A DNA stretch of 64,000 nucleotides from Verrucomicrobiales bacterium. Lineage in GTDB: Bacteria > Verrucomicrobiota > Verrucomicrobiia > Verrucomicrobiales > V1-33. Where the stretch lies: positions 19,477-83,476 of the forward strand of contig JANOAV010000059.1 of NCBI GenBank assembly GCA_031411295.1. Reading direction: 5' to 3'. Below are positions 55,121 to 64,000 of the stretch, piece after piece. The position numbers were made by a program, and so were the translations under genes. The notes under the pieces are model-generated. The model saw only the letters and a list, made by a program, of their open reading frames with translations, was not told the DNA's origin and made no database searches. Each line of letters begins with the position of its first letter. Within the stretch, counting starts at the first letter, position 1.

Positions 55121-55692
55121 GGGGTTGTCTCCATTTCTAGTTTCTGTAAGGTGCTGGTGAGTTTACGCCGGGAGCGCATGGCTGTCACTTTGATTTTCGA
55201 GGCTCCCCAACCGGTGAGTTGGCTGATTTCTGAAACCGATTTCTGCTCCAAATCCAGCATGCGCAAAATGATTTGTTCCTGCGGCTTCAAGGACGCCAGC
55301 AGTTGTTCCACCAACTCACTGGAGAGTCGGCTGTTGCTTGCAGGGGTGTCATCTCCGGCATCCGACCAGGAAACAGTATCGTGATAGACGGTGGGATCCA
55401 TGCCCAGATCGGTAAAAGTGCGCACGGGGCGGAGTTTCTGGGCCCGCAAGCGATCCAAGCACGTGTTGACTGCAATCCGCGACACCCAATGGGGGAACGG
55501 TTGCGGGCCACGATATTGCTGGATGCGGGTGAACATTTTCAGAAAGATGTCTTGAGCCACGTCTTCTTCTTCATGGCGCTGGGTTGGGAGATGTTTCCGC
55601 ACGATGCTGATGACCTGGCCATACAGTGCTGCGACAAGTTGACGTGCGGCTGCATCGTCGCCTTGCTTGACCAGATCAACGAGGTTGTCCAT
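55117..55692 (-). CDS. ECF RNA polymerase sigma factor
   Basis: EEDVAQDIFLKMF, WVSRIAVNTCLDRLR, SVSEISQLTGW..SKIKV. Confidence 0.92.
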   Translation of the reverse strand: MDNLVDLVKQGDDAAARQLVAALYGQVISIVRKHLPTQRHEEEDVAQDIFLKMFTRIQQYRGPQPFPHWVSRIAVNTCLDRLRAQKLRPVRTFTDLGMDPTVYHDTVSWSDAGDDTPASNSRLSSELVEQLLASLKPQEQIILRMLDLEQKSVSEISQLTGWGASKIKVTAMRSRRKLTSTLQKLEMETTP

Positions 55693-55744
55693 GCAGGAGG
55701 CATCGGGGGTGGGGGAGTGCGGAGGTGGAGAGTAACATGAGTGC

Positions 55745-55771
55745 TGACGGTGGAATTTCCGTTTGGTTACA
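55745..55771 (-). promoter_or_regulatory. Putative ECF-type autoregulatory promoter
   Basis: Minus strand TGTAAC-N16-CGTCA (AAC -35 / CGT -10), about 53 nt upstream of the ECF ATG. Confidence 0.65.
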
Positions 55772-55923
55772 AAAATGTGGGGGCGACGGTAAAAGTTTAA
55801 TCACCGGCCAGGGTGAGAAGTTCCAGAAAAAAATTTCCGAATCAGAGGCAGAACTGGACAAAGCTGGAGAAATGACTAGATTCCGAAAGTTGCGGTTCAC
55901 TTCCCCGCAGCGACTCGAATCCT

Positions 55924-56679
55924 ATGTGTTGTTTCTCTGGTCCCGTATCCAATGTTGCTCACACGCGTATTTTCGCACGATGGTTACCCGGCTCCAAGCC
56001 AGTGCGTCAGGCGTTGGCCTATCAGATGGAGTTCTCCGCTGATTCTGATGTGGCCATGATTCTGCCCATTCCGGTTGCTCCGGGCACGGCGGAAGATGCG
56101 GTGAAATTTTTGGATTTGGAAAAGGAGCCGAAATTTTTTGATCGGCTACAGGAGTTATTTCCCGTGCCGAAGGTCAAATATGCCGTTCCACCGCCGACGG
56201 ACGCAGCGGATGAGACCCCCAGGAAGCTTGTGGTGGTCAAAGTGGGGTCATTTGAGGCCTCCTTTGTCCCCTCGCTGGCTGATTTCTCTCGGTTGGATGC
56301 CCGTTTCCGTCTGAGCGACAAGGTCTGGAAGCAGCTTCCGCAATATGGCACGTGGGGCTTTGCGGTGTTCAAACTGAGCAAAGATTCCACCACCGTGCAT
56401 CCGATGGCATTTAGTTTCCCCAATGCTGAACCGACCAAAGGGCTGTTCTTCCCCACAGTGCATATTCATGATGGCAAGGTGCATGAAAAGGAAGAATTCC
56501 ACCACACGCTTTATTGCCAAGTTCCCAAGGGAGGTCGCGCTCCGCTGAATTGGTCGGAATCTGGATTATTGCCGTCTTCGCTCGGCAAGTTGCAGGACGC
56601 GGATCTGCTGGACCGATCGGAGCATGTTTATCGCAGCAGCATTTATGGGATCAGGCCGAATACGGACACCTATGCCTAA
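55924..56679 (+). CDS. Hypothetical protein (MCCFS start, HIHDG motif; DUF2330-like features)
   Basis: AMILPIP, VGSFEAS, GFAVFKL, HPMAFSF, LFFPTVHIHDG. Confidence 0.7.
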   Translation: MCCFSGPVSNVAHTRIFARWLPGSKPVRQALAYQMEFSADSDVAMILPIPVAPGTAEDAVKFLDLEKEPKFFDRLQELFPVPKVKYAVPPPTDAADETPRKLVVVKVGSFEASFVPSLADFSRLDARFRLSDKVWKQLPQYGTWGFAVFKLSKDSTTVHPMAFSFPNAEPTKGLFFPTVHIHDGKVHEKEEFHHTLYCQVPKGGRAPLNWSESGLLPSSLGKLQDADLLDRSEHVYRSSIYGIRPNTDTYA

Positions 56680-56846
56680 TGGCCGCGGGGCTGCTCCCTG
56701 ACCGCCGATTACACTGCGGAGTGAAATTTCTCTCCGGTGCGGAAAGGCGTTTACTTAGGCCCGGAAGGCATTAAGATTGGTGCGTTCGCGGACTCGGCTA
56801 GCCGAGCAAGCAAACTTCACGGACTTACAATCAACCCCACTTTTTC

Positions 56847-57446
56847 ATGCAAACACTCGGAACTATCCTGCTTATTCTTCTCGGACTTGCCGCCCTGATC
56901 GTCATTTGGGTCATTGGTATGTATAACGGCCTGGTGGGGCTGCGGAACCGCTACAAGAATGCCTTTGCGCAGATCGACGTGCAGTTGAAACGCCGCTATG
57001 ATTTAATCCCGAATCTCGTGGAGACGGCCAAAGGCTACATGGCCCATGAGAAAGGCACGCTGGAAGCAGTGATCCAAGCCCGCAATCAGGCCCAGTCTGC
57101 CCGTGAGGGAGTGATGCAGAATCCGGGTAGCGCGCAGGCGATGCAGGGGCTGAATCAAGCCGAAGCTGGGCTGACGGCTTCGATGACCAAGTTTATGATG
57201 CTCCAGGAAGCCTATCCCGATCTGAAATCCAATCAGAACATGATGCAGTTGACGGAAGAACTGACCAGCACGGAGAACAAGATCGCCTTTGCCCGGCAGG
57301 CCTACAATGATGCCGTCATGAGCTATAACAATAAACGGGAAATGTTCCCCAGCAGCTTCATTGCCGGCACGTTTAATTTCACCGAAGCCACGCTCTTCGA
57401 GGTCAAGGACGACGGGGAGCGGGAAGCAGTTAAGGTTTCTTTCTAA
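56847..57446 (+). CDS. lemA: LemA family protein
   Basis: YNGLV..RN, QIDVQLKRRYDLIPNLVETAKGY, EAYPDLKSN, TENKIAFARQAYN. Confidence 0.96.
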   Translation: MQTLGTILLILLGLAALIVIWVIGMYNGLVGLRNRYKNAFAQIDVQLKRRYDLIPNLVETAKGYMAHEKGTLEAVIQARNQAQSAREGVMQNPGSAQAMQGLNQAEAGLTASMTKFMMLQEAYPDLKSNQNMMQLTEELTSTENKIAFARQAYNDAVMSYNNKREMFPSSFIAGTFNFTEATLFEVKDDGEREAVKVSF

Positions 57447-57538
57447 ACGCTGTGATGCCACTGACGGCGGAGGCTTCGTTCGTTGGTTTTTATTGATCCA
57501 AATTTACGCGTGGACGTTGCGTCCACGCCACGACACTC

Positions 57539-59497
57539 ATGGACTTTTTCTCCAGTCAAGAAACCGCGCGCAAGCAAACCAAACTGCTGCTGTGCTATTT
57601 CGCGCTCGCAGTTATTGGCTTAACTGTGTCTCTGTATGGGGTGGTGGTAACGGCGGAGCACTTCATGCAAGGGAAGTCCAAGTCGCGTGGGCGGACCAGT
57701 TCCAATGTGGTGTCCACAGGTATTCCTTGGTGGAATCCGACGCTGTTTCTCTGGAGCAGCATCAGCACGCTGGCGATTGTTGGCTTGGGCAGTGGTTATA
57801 AAATGCTGCAATTGTCAGGAGGCGGGCGCACCGTGGCTCGGGACATGGGTGGTCGGCTCGTCAGCCGGGACACCCAGCAACCAGATGAGCGGCGTTTGTT
57901 AAATGTGGTCGAGGAAATGGCCCTGGCTGCCGGGATGCCGGTGCCGGATGTCTATCTGATGGACGAGGAGGATGGGATCAATGCGTTTGCGGCAGGCCAT
58001 ACCCCTGGGGATGCGGTGATTGGGGTCACTCGGGGCACGTTACGAAGCCTCTCCCGTGATGAGTTGCAAGGGGTCATGGCCCACGAATTCAGCCATATTT
58101 TAAATGGCGATATGCGCCTGAACTTGCGGCTGATCGGCTGGGTGCATGGAATCCTCATCATTGCGTTATTGGGCCAAATTTTGCTTCGTTTGGCAATGGA
58201 GACCAGGGGTGGTCGCAATGAGAAAGAGGGCGGTGGTCGTCTCGCCTTCATGGCGGTGGGGGCCGCCATTATGGGAATCGGTTATCTGGGCGTGCTGTTT
58301 GCCAATTTGATCAAAGCGGCCATTTCTCGGCAGCGGGAGTTTCTGGCGGATGCTTCAGCCGTGCAATTTACGCGAAATCCCGATGGGATTGGCGGAGCCT
58401 TGCTGAAGATCGGCAGCAGGTCCAGCCACTCCTACATCCAGAGTGCAGGCGCGGAGGTCGCCAGTCACATGCTTTTTGGCCCAGGCAAGGCCAGCACCCT
58501 TTTCGACAGCCACCCCGCCTTGGACGAACGCATTCGGCGGATCCAGCCTTCGTGGGACGGGAAGTTTCCACAAGCCAATGATCGGCCCAATCGGCTGTCC
58601 TCTGCTGAGACCGAACCGGTTAGTGCCGCGCAGGAGCGACGGGGGAATTTCACCGAAGCGATGCGCACTGCCGCCATGGCCGCAGTGGCCCAAGCGGCCG
58701 AGGGCCACTCGCCCGGGTCGCGTGTCTCCCCGGAAGATCTGCACCGGGCTCGCAGCATCCAGTCAGCGCTGCCGCAGGATTGGCGTGATTTACTGTGCGA
58801 TCCTACCAATGCCCAAGCCATGATGTTCGCGCTGATTCTCTCCGAGGATCCGGACCTGCTGGCGGCAGAAAGTCATTCCCTCCAGCAGGCGGTGGATGCA
58901 GAATTGCTAACCCTAACGATGCGATTGCATCAGGAAGTGCAGACGCGCCCATCGGCGCAATTGATTGCGGTGATTGATTTGGCAATTCCTGCGCTGCGGA
59001 GATTGTCGTTGCCGGAGTATCAACAATTCACGGCCACGTTGCAGGCGTTGATGGCGAGCGATCAGAAGATTGATCTCTTTGAATTCATGGTGCAAAAAAT
59101 CCTGCGTCGCCATCTGGACCTCTGGTTCCGTCAGGTGTCCCCGCCGCAAACCCGCTTCAAGGAAATTTCCCAATTGCTGCCGGAAGCGCAGAGCATCCTC
59201 TCCATGCTGGTGGGAGCGGGCGGGGCGGATGAGGCCGCCGCGAAAGGTGCCTACGCCGCGGCGCAAGCCTGCATCCCCAGCCTGCCGAATACTTGGGCGG
59301 CAGCGGATCTGCCGCGCTTCGATCTCGCTCTGGATCAATTCGAAATGGCCGCGCCCCGGGTCAAACAGCAACTGCTCCAAGCCTGCGGCCAGGCGGTAAT
59401 GGCGGATCGCACGGTCGTAAATGAAGAAGCCGAACTGCTGCGCGCCATCGCTGATACCATCGGCTGTCCCGTGCCTCCGCTGGCAGTGGCGGCTTAG
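57539..59497 (+). CDS. htpX: M48-family zinc metalloprotease (long HtpX-like form)
   Basis: NVVEEMA, INAFAAG, AHEFSH, SRQREFLADA, SHP.L.ERI; adjacent to lemA. Confidence 0.88.
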   Translation: MDFFSSQETARKQTKLLLCYFALAVIGLTVSLYGVVVTAEHFMQGKSKSRGRTSSNVVSTGIPWWNPTLFLWSSISTLAIVGLGSGYKMLQLSGGGRTVARDMGGRLVSRDTQQPDERRLLNVVEEMALAAGMPVPDVYLMDEEDGINAFAAGHTPGDAVIGVTRGTLRSLSRDELQGVMAHEFSHILNGDMRLNLRLIGWVHGILIIALLGQILLRLAMETRGGRNEKEGGGRLAFMAVGAAIMGIGYLGVLFANLIKAAISRQREFLADASAVQFTRNPDGIGGALLKIGSRSSHSYIQSAGAEVASHMLFGPGKASTLFDSHPALDERIRRIQPSWDGKFPQANDRPNRLSSAETEPVSAAQERRGNFTEAMRTAAMAAVAQAAEGHSPGSRVSPEDLHRARSIQSALPQDWRDLLCDPTNAQAMMFALILSEDPDLLAAESHSLQQAVDAELLTLTMRLHQEVQTRPSAQLIAVIDLAIPALRRLSLPEYQQFTATLQALMASDQKIDLFEFMVQKILRRHLDLWFRQVSPPQTRFKEISQLLPEAQSILSMLVGAGGADEAAAKGAYAAAQACIPSLPNTWAAADLPRFDLALDQFEMAAPRVKQQLLQACGQAVMADRTVVNEEAELLRAIADTIGCPVPPLAVAA

Positions 59498-59509
59498 TAA
59501 GCCGCAGAG

Positions 59510-60814
59510 TTACTGCTTCGACGCCACGTCAACGAACGGGGCGAATTTTACTTCGAGACGTTTGGGAACGGTCATGGTGACGAGCACGTCGTTACCGTCG
59601 TAGTCTTGGCTGATGAGTTTGCCTTCGCGATGGATCAATGCTACCAGATCCATGCGGGATTGGGGCAGGCGGACGTTGAGTCGCACAGCTTTGTCCAGTA
59701 GCATGACGCTTAATTGATGGCGGAATTCCTCCATGCCTTCGCCCGTGTGGAGGGACATCAGCACGGGGTTGTGGAAATGGCTCGCCAGTTCCTGCAGGCG
59801 TGCTTTGTCCGGCACCAGATCGATTTTGTTCAGCACGACCATCATTTTCCGATCGTCCGTGCCTAACTCTTTTAGAACTTCCATGGTGGTCTGGAAAAAT
59901 TCCAAGGCCCGGGGTCCGCTGGCATCCAGCACGTGGATCAGGAAATCCGCCACGGTGGCTTCCTCCAGCGTGGCTTTGAAACTTTCCACGAGGCGGTGGG
60001 GCAGTTTGCGAATAAATCCCACGGTGTCGGTCACGAGCAATTGTTGGCCATCCGGGAGTTGGAGTTTGCGGGTCGTGGTATCCAGCGTGGCGAAGAGTTT
60101 GTCCTCTGCCAGCACGGTGGCTCCGGTTAGGGAATTGAGCAGGGTGCTCTTGCCAGCGTTCGTGTAACCCACGATGGCCCCGTGTGGAATGGGGATGCGC
60201 ATGCGCTCCTTGCGCTGGGTGGACCGTTGGGTCTTCACCTCCGCAAGCTCACGTTTGACAATGTCAATCCGCCGTCGGGCTAACCGACGGTCGATTTCTA
60301 ACTGGCTCTCGCCCTCGCCCCGAGCTGCGGGGGAGGATCCACCGCCACCACCGCCGCCTTGGCGATCCAAGTGGCTCCACATCCGGGCCAAGCGAGGCAA
60401 GGAATACTGCATGCGCGCCAAGTCCACTTGCAGGCGAGCTTCGGCGGTTTTGGCCCGCATGTTGAAGATGTCCAGAATCACTTCCTCCCGATCAATCACC
60501 GCCAGGCCAGAATCCTTTTCCCACGCCCGTTGTTGTCCCGGGGAGAGTTCGTTGTCGAAGATGATACAGTCACAGCCCAGCGCCTTGGCGTGCTCGATGA
60601 GTTCAGCGCATTTACCTTTTCCGAGCAGCGTTCGCGCGTTCCGCTCGGTGGCGCGGACTAACATACAATCGGCAATCGGCAGGCCTAACGTGGTCACAAG
60701 TTCACGCAGTTCCTCCAGCAAACTGGAGGCGTCCTCCTGCTCACGTCGATCAAAATACGCGCCGATTAACAGCGTGCGTTCAACTAATAGGGGTTTTTCT
60801 TGAATCTCAAACAC
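59510..60814 (-). CDS. hflX: Ribosome-splitting GTPase HflX
   Basis: GEGESQLEIDRR, GYTNAGKST, LFATLD, DTVGFI, NKID. Confidence 0.97.
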   Translation of the reverse strand: MFEIQEKPLLVERTLLIGAYFDRREQEDASSLLEELRELVTTLGLPIADCMLVRATERNARTLLGKGKCAELIEHAKALGCDCIIFDNELSPGQQRAWEKDSGLAVIDREEVILDIFNMRAKTAEARLQVDLARMQYSLPRLARMWSHLDRQGGGGGGGSSPAARGEGESQLEIDRRLARRRIDIVKRELAEVKTQRSTQRKERMRIPIPHGAIVGYTNAGKSTLLNSLTGATVLAEDKLFATLDTTTRKLQLPDGQQLLVTDTVGFIRKLPHRLVESFKATLEEATVADFLIHVLDASGPRALEFFQTTMEVLKELGTDDRKMMVVLNKIDLVPDKARLQELASHFHNPVLMSLHTGEGMEEFRHQLSVMLLDKAVRLNVRLPQSRMDLVALIHREGKLISQDYDGNDVLVTMTVPKRLEVKFAPFVDVASKQ

Positions 60815-60898
60815 ACGTCACCTTAGCACATCGTCACCAGATGCAAGATCTCGTTCCGCTTGATAGAGCGGTGCCGGACACGGAATTTACCAGATGAC

Positions 60899-62236
60899 TC
60901 AGTAGGGCAACTCCCGCACGTAGAGGTTCTTGAAGTAAAGGGTGTTGCCGTGATTTTGCAACTCGAGCAACTCCTCGCGCAGCAACGGTTGGCCGGGTTT
61001 CCAATAGTTTTCGAGCGGTTGATCGTCGATGATCAATTGGTCATTGAGTTGGATGGTCACACGATCACCCACCATGCGAATGTGGAAGGTGTTCCATTCC
61101 CCGATGGGCTTGTCAGCCTTCACCAGCGGCTCTTTGCCAGCGTTCTTGTTGTTCCACATCCCGCCGGAACCCTTTTGACTGCCATGTTTCCATTGGGCTT
61201 CATCCGTCGGATCCCAAATCTGGACTTGTGGGGTGGAGCGCAGGTAAATCCCGCTGTCTGCTTTGGCGGGGATTTTCCAATCCACGTAAAATTCGAAATC
61301 TCCGTAAGCTTTATCCGTGCAGAGGCTTTGCCCTTTGCCGTCGAAGACCAGCGAGCCATCGGCCACGGACCAATGCGCCTTGGCGGATTCATCGCCCTTG
61401 GCTTGCGCGGCGGCTAACGCGTCGGGTGCCAGTTCGCGACGTTTGTAGGGATTGCCATCGCCCACCAGGCCTTTCCAGCCGGTGAGGTCTTTGCCGTTGA
61501 ACAGCGCTTTGAATCCAGCGGGAGCTTGGTTGTCGCCAGCGGACTTTGGTTTGCCAGGAGCGGCGGAGCAATCAGCCACTTTCAGATTTTTATACGCCAC
61601 GAAATCGCCATGCCCGCAGAAGGCGATAAAGCCCGTGGTGCGCTTGGCTCCTGGGTGTTTGGCGTAATCCACGTTGAGGTTTTTCAAATAACAGTCGGTA
61701 ATGGTTTCCCCGTTCAGAATCACTTTAATATGATCCCCGATGGCGATGATCGTTTCATGATTCCATTCGCCCAATGGCTTGAGGTAACTCTTTTGCGATT
61801 GCTTGGAGGCTTGAATGTTATACACCGAGCCATGGTATTGCCAGAACTGGAGGTCTTTATATTTTGGGTCCCGGTCGTCGAGAATCTGAATTTCCATGCC
61901 CGCATAAGCCGCATCGCCCTGCCCAGGATAACGAATGCCGATCCCATTATTGGAGCCGGCCTTGAGTTGGAAATCAAAATCCAGCACGAAATCAGCGTAT
62001 TCTTTTTCCGTATGGAGGAAGCTCCCTTTCGGCGTGCAGGTGATGGCTCCGTCCTGCACTTCATAGCCGGGGCCCACCCAGCCTTTGAGCGTGCTGCCAT
62101 CGAAGAGAGTCTCCCATGCCAGATCTGCCGGAAGCTTGGCAGGGCTGAGTGGGGTCTCAGGAGCAGGAACAGGATCTGCTTGGACGATTGAAGCAGACGC
62201 GAGGGCAATGCAGAGTAAGGAGATTTTGTGGTTCAT
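60899..62236 (-). CDS. Secreted protein with tandem DUF1080 (3-keto-disaccharide hydrolase-like) domains
   Basis: LFDGSTLKGW/LFNGKDLTGW, NNGI/DSGI, EIQILD/QVQIWD, GEWN twice, LQNHG. Confidence 0.88.
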   Translation of the reverse strand: MNHKISLLCIALASASIVQADPVPAPETPLSPAKLPADLAWETLFDGSTLKGWVGPGYEVQDGAITCTPKGSFLHTEKEYADFVLDFDFQLKAGSNNGIGIRYPGQGDAAYAGMEIQILDDRDPKYKDLQFWQYHGSVYNIQASKQSQKSYLKPLGEWNHETIIAIGDHIKVILNGETITDCYLKNLNVDYAKHPGAKRTTGFIAFCGHGDFVAYKNLKVADCSAAPGKPKSAGDNQAPAGFKALFNGKDLTGWKGLVGDGNPYKRRELAPDALAAAQAKGDESAKAHWSVADGSLVFDGKGQSLCTDKAYGDFEFYVDWKIPAKADSGIYLRSTPQVQIWDPTDEAQWKHGSQKGSGGMWNNKNAGKEPLVKADKPIGEWNTFHIRMVGDRVTIQLNDQLIIDDQPLENYWKPGQPLLREELLELQNHGNTLYFKNLYVRELPY

Positions 62237-62456
62237 AGAGTAATTCGGTAAGCGAGTAGGTTGCTGGGCGTTTGTCGTATTTATCACCGGAGGTGGCAAG
62301 CTTAAGTGCGAAATGAAACTATCGCATTCGCGGAGGAGTCAGGGAGAGAGGTTCGCAAAGTAGCTGTCATCAAGCCGTGGAGGGCGACGTGAGGAGACCG
62401 GGGACGTGCGGCGTGAGGCTGGCTTGGCGTGGTGCTGTTGACGAACGTTTGGGCCG

Positions 62457-62855
62457 CTACTCGCTCTGGGCGACGCGGTAGAAGGCCCCAGGACCAGATT
62501 TCACCCAATAGGAGGCCAGATCATAGTCCTGGTCACTTTGGTAAATGTAAAATGATCGATCTTCCGCCAAACCCACTTTCCAAAGCCGGTCCTCACGTTT
62601 CACGACCGCAGACTTACTGGCAACTGTCCAAGTGATCGGCTGGGGGGCTTTGTCGAACACGGCGGAAAATTTGGACCCTGGCTGGAGCAATGACACCGGG
62701 CAAAGCTGCTCATCGCCCAAGGCCGTAGGGTAATCGATCGTATTCGCCTTCCCCACCGAGTGATCTCGCCACAAAGCCGCCGCCATTCCTGCCATCAGGA
62801 AGGTAAACAAAAAGAGCACGCGTGCCGGGGTGGATTTGGCCTGATTCTCCGCCAT
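62457..62855 (-). CDS. Hypothetical membrane-anchored protein
   Basis: MAENQAK start, one TM helix, YPTALGD; divergent from fabH. Confidence 0.55.
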   Translation of the reverse strand: MAENQAKSTPARVLFLFTFLMAGMAAALWRDHSVGKANTIDYPTALGDEQLCPVSLLQPGSKFSAVFDKAPQPITWTVASKSAVVKREDRLWKVGLAEDRSFYIYQSDQDYDLASYWVKSGPGAFYRVAQSE

Positions 62856-62964
62856 AATGGCCAGCCATCGCGAAGCTGGGGAGAATTTGCAAGGAAGGTT
62901 TTTGGGTTGCATTCTCGTCTCACTGGGTTCCTTGAGGTTTCTTACTTTTGAAATCCACGCTCTC

Positions 62965-63984
62965 ATGAATTCCTCTCCCTCCATCCAACCGTGCGCGATG
63001 ACCATCGCTGGCACTGGCAGCTACCTGCCCGAAAAGATTGTTACCAATGCGGACATGGAAAAGATCGTGGATACGACCGATGAATGGATTGTCAGTCGGA
63101 CCGGAATTCGCGAGCGTCGCATGGCTGCCCCCGATGAAGCCACCAGCCATTTGGCGACCAAGGCCGCGGTGAAAGCCATGGAACAGGCGGGCGTCATTGC
63201 TGGAGAGATCGATCTCATCATCGTGGCGACGATTTCCCCTGACACTTTTTTCCCCAGCACCGCCTGCTATGTGCAGCAAAACTTGGGAGCGGTAAATGCC
63301 GTGGCGTTCGACATCTCCGCCGCCTGTTCTGGTTTCCTCTACGCCATCCAAATTGCGCGGAATTTCATCAACAGCGGAACCCGCTCCACTGCGCTGATCA
63401 TCGGTGCTGAGAAATTAAGCGGCATGGTGAACTGGAATGACCGCAACACCTGCGTGCTCTTTGGCGATGGTGCGGGCGCAGCGATTGTCCGTCGGGCCAC
63501 CGAAGAGGACGGACCGGATCATTCCACGGTCCTCTCCACAGTGTTAGGTAGCGACGGCCGGCTCACGGACATCCTGAGCGTTCCGGGCGGCGGCAGCGCG
63601 CTGCCGATCACCGCTGAGAATGCCGACCAGTTTCTCAACACGATCCACATGCAGGGACGGGAAGTTTACAAGCATGCCGTCACCAAGATGTGTGAAAGCT
63701 GTGAACTGGCCATTGCTCGCGCGGGCCTCAAGCCCACGGACATTGCGAAAGTCATTCCCCACCAGGCGAACGTGCGCATTATCCACGCCATCTTGGATCG
63801 CCTCAACATTCCGTATGAGAAGGCGTTCCTGAATTTGGAAAAATACGGTAATACCAGTGCTGCTGCGATTGCGATTGCGCTGGACGAAGCGAATCGCCAG
63901 GGAGCCATTAAGAAAGGTGATTACGTCCTGCTGGTCGCCTTTGGAGCTGGCTTGACCTGGGCTAGTTCCGTTGTGAAATGGTAG
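62965..63984 (+). CDS. fabH: Beta-ketoacyl-ACP synthase III
   Basis: GTGSYLP, AACSGF, LFGDGAGA, PHQAN, YGNTSAA, FGAGLTW. Confidence 0.97.
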   Translation: MNSSPSIQPCAMTIAGTGSYLPEKIVTNADMEKIVDTTDEWIVSRTGIRERRMAAPDEATSHLATKAAVKAMEQAGVIAGEIDLIIVATISPDTFFPSTACYVQQNLGAVNAVAFDISAACSGFLYAIQIARNFINSGTRSTALIIGAEKLSGMVNWNDRNTCVLFGDGAGAAIVRRATEEDGPDHSTVLSTVLGSDGRLTDILSVPGGGSALPITAENADQFLNTIHMQGREVYKHAVTKMCESCELAIARAGLKPTDIAKVIPHQANVRIIHAILDRLNIPYEKAFLNLEKYGNTSAAAIAIALDEANRQGAIKKGDYVLLVAFGAGLTWASSVVKW

Positions 63985-64000
63985 CATGTGGAGCAGCCCG

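Noticed and set aside
62857..63014. Overlapping N-terminal extensions of fabH and the divergent ORF
   Set aside because: Starts at 62965 (+) and 62855 (-) remove the overlap and fit the expected N-termini.

Overview
Bacterial chromosomal window. Gene families (PEP-CTERM proteins, PVC-type heme-binding protein, DUF1552/DUF1592 pair, many Cys-type sulfatases) point to a Verrucomicrobiota-like organism (inference; no database search was run, and family names come from motif recognition). Layout: (1) AbrB/PIN toxin-antitoxin pair at the left edge. (2) A ~20.7 kb co-oriented run of nine secreted sulfatases, a c-type heme beta-propeller protein, a DUF5060-type putative glycosidase and a Tat-exported PhoD-like protein. 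(3) A ~3500 aa surface protein carrying a phytase-like domain and two PhoX-like domains on an Ig/cadherin/Calx-beta stalk, followed by a PEP-CTERM protein. (4) A lone Y1/HUH transposase beside a ~200 bp nested REP-like inverted repeat, then small accessory genes. (5) Two more surface proteins and an OlsF-like/GT4/PlcP-like operon (putative phosphorus-free lipid remodelling) with a Pho-box-like site. (6) A Gfo/Idh/MocA relic, an ECF/anti-sigma/DUF1552/DUF1592 module and an intact IS630 with a -1 frameshift. (7) More housekeeping-like genes: AhbAB-like, B12 radical SAM, second ECF operon, lemA, htpX, hflX, tandem DUF1080, fabH. Best novelty candidates: the multi-phosphatase giant protein within an apparent phosphorus-starvation island, interchangeable C-terminal anchoring modules on a shared unknown domain, and the REP-like element with its Y1 nuclease.
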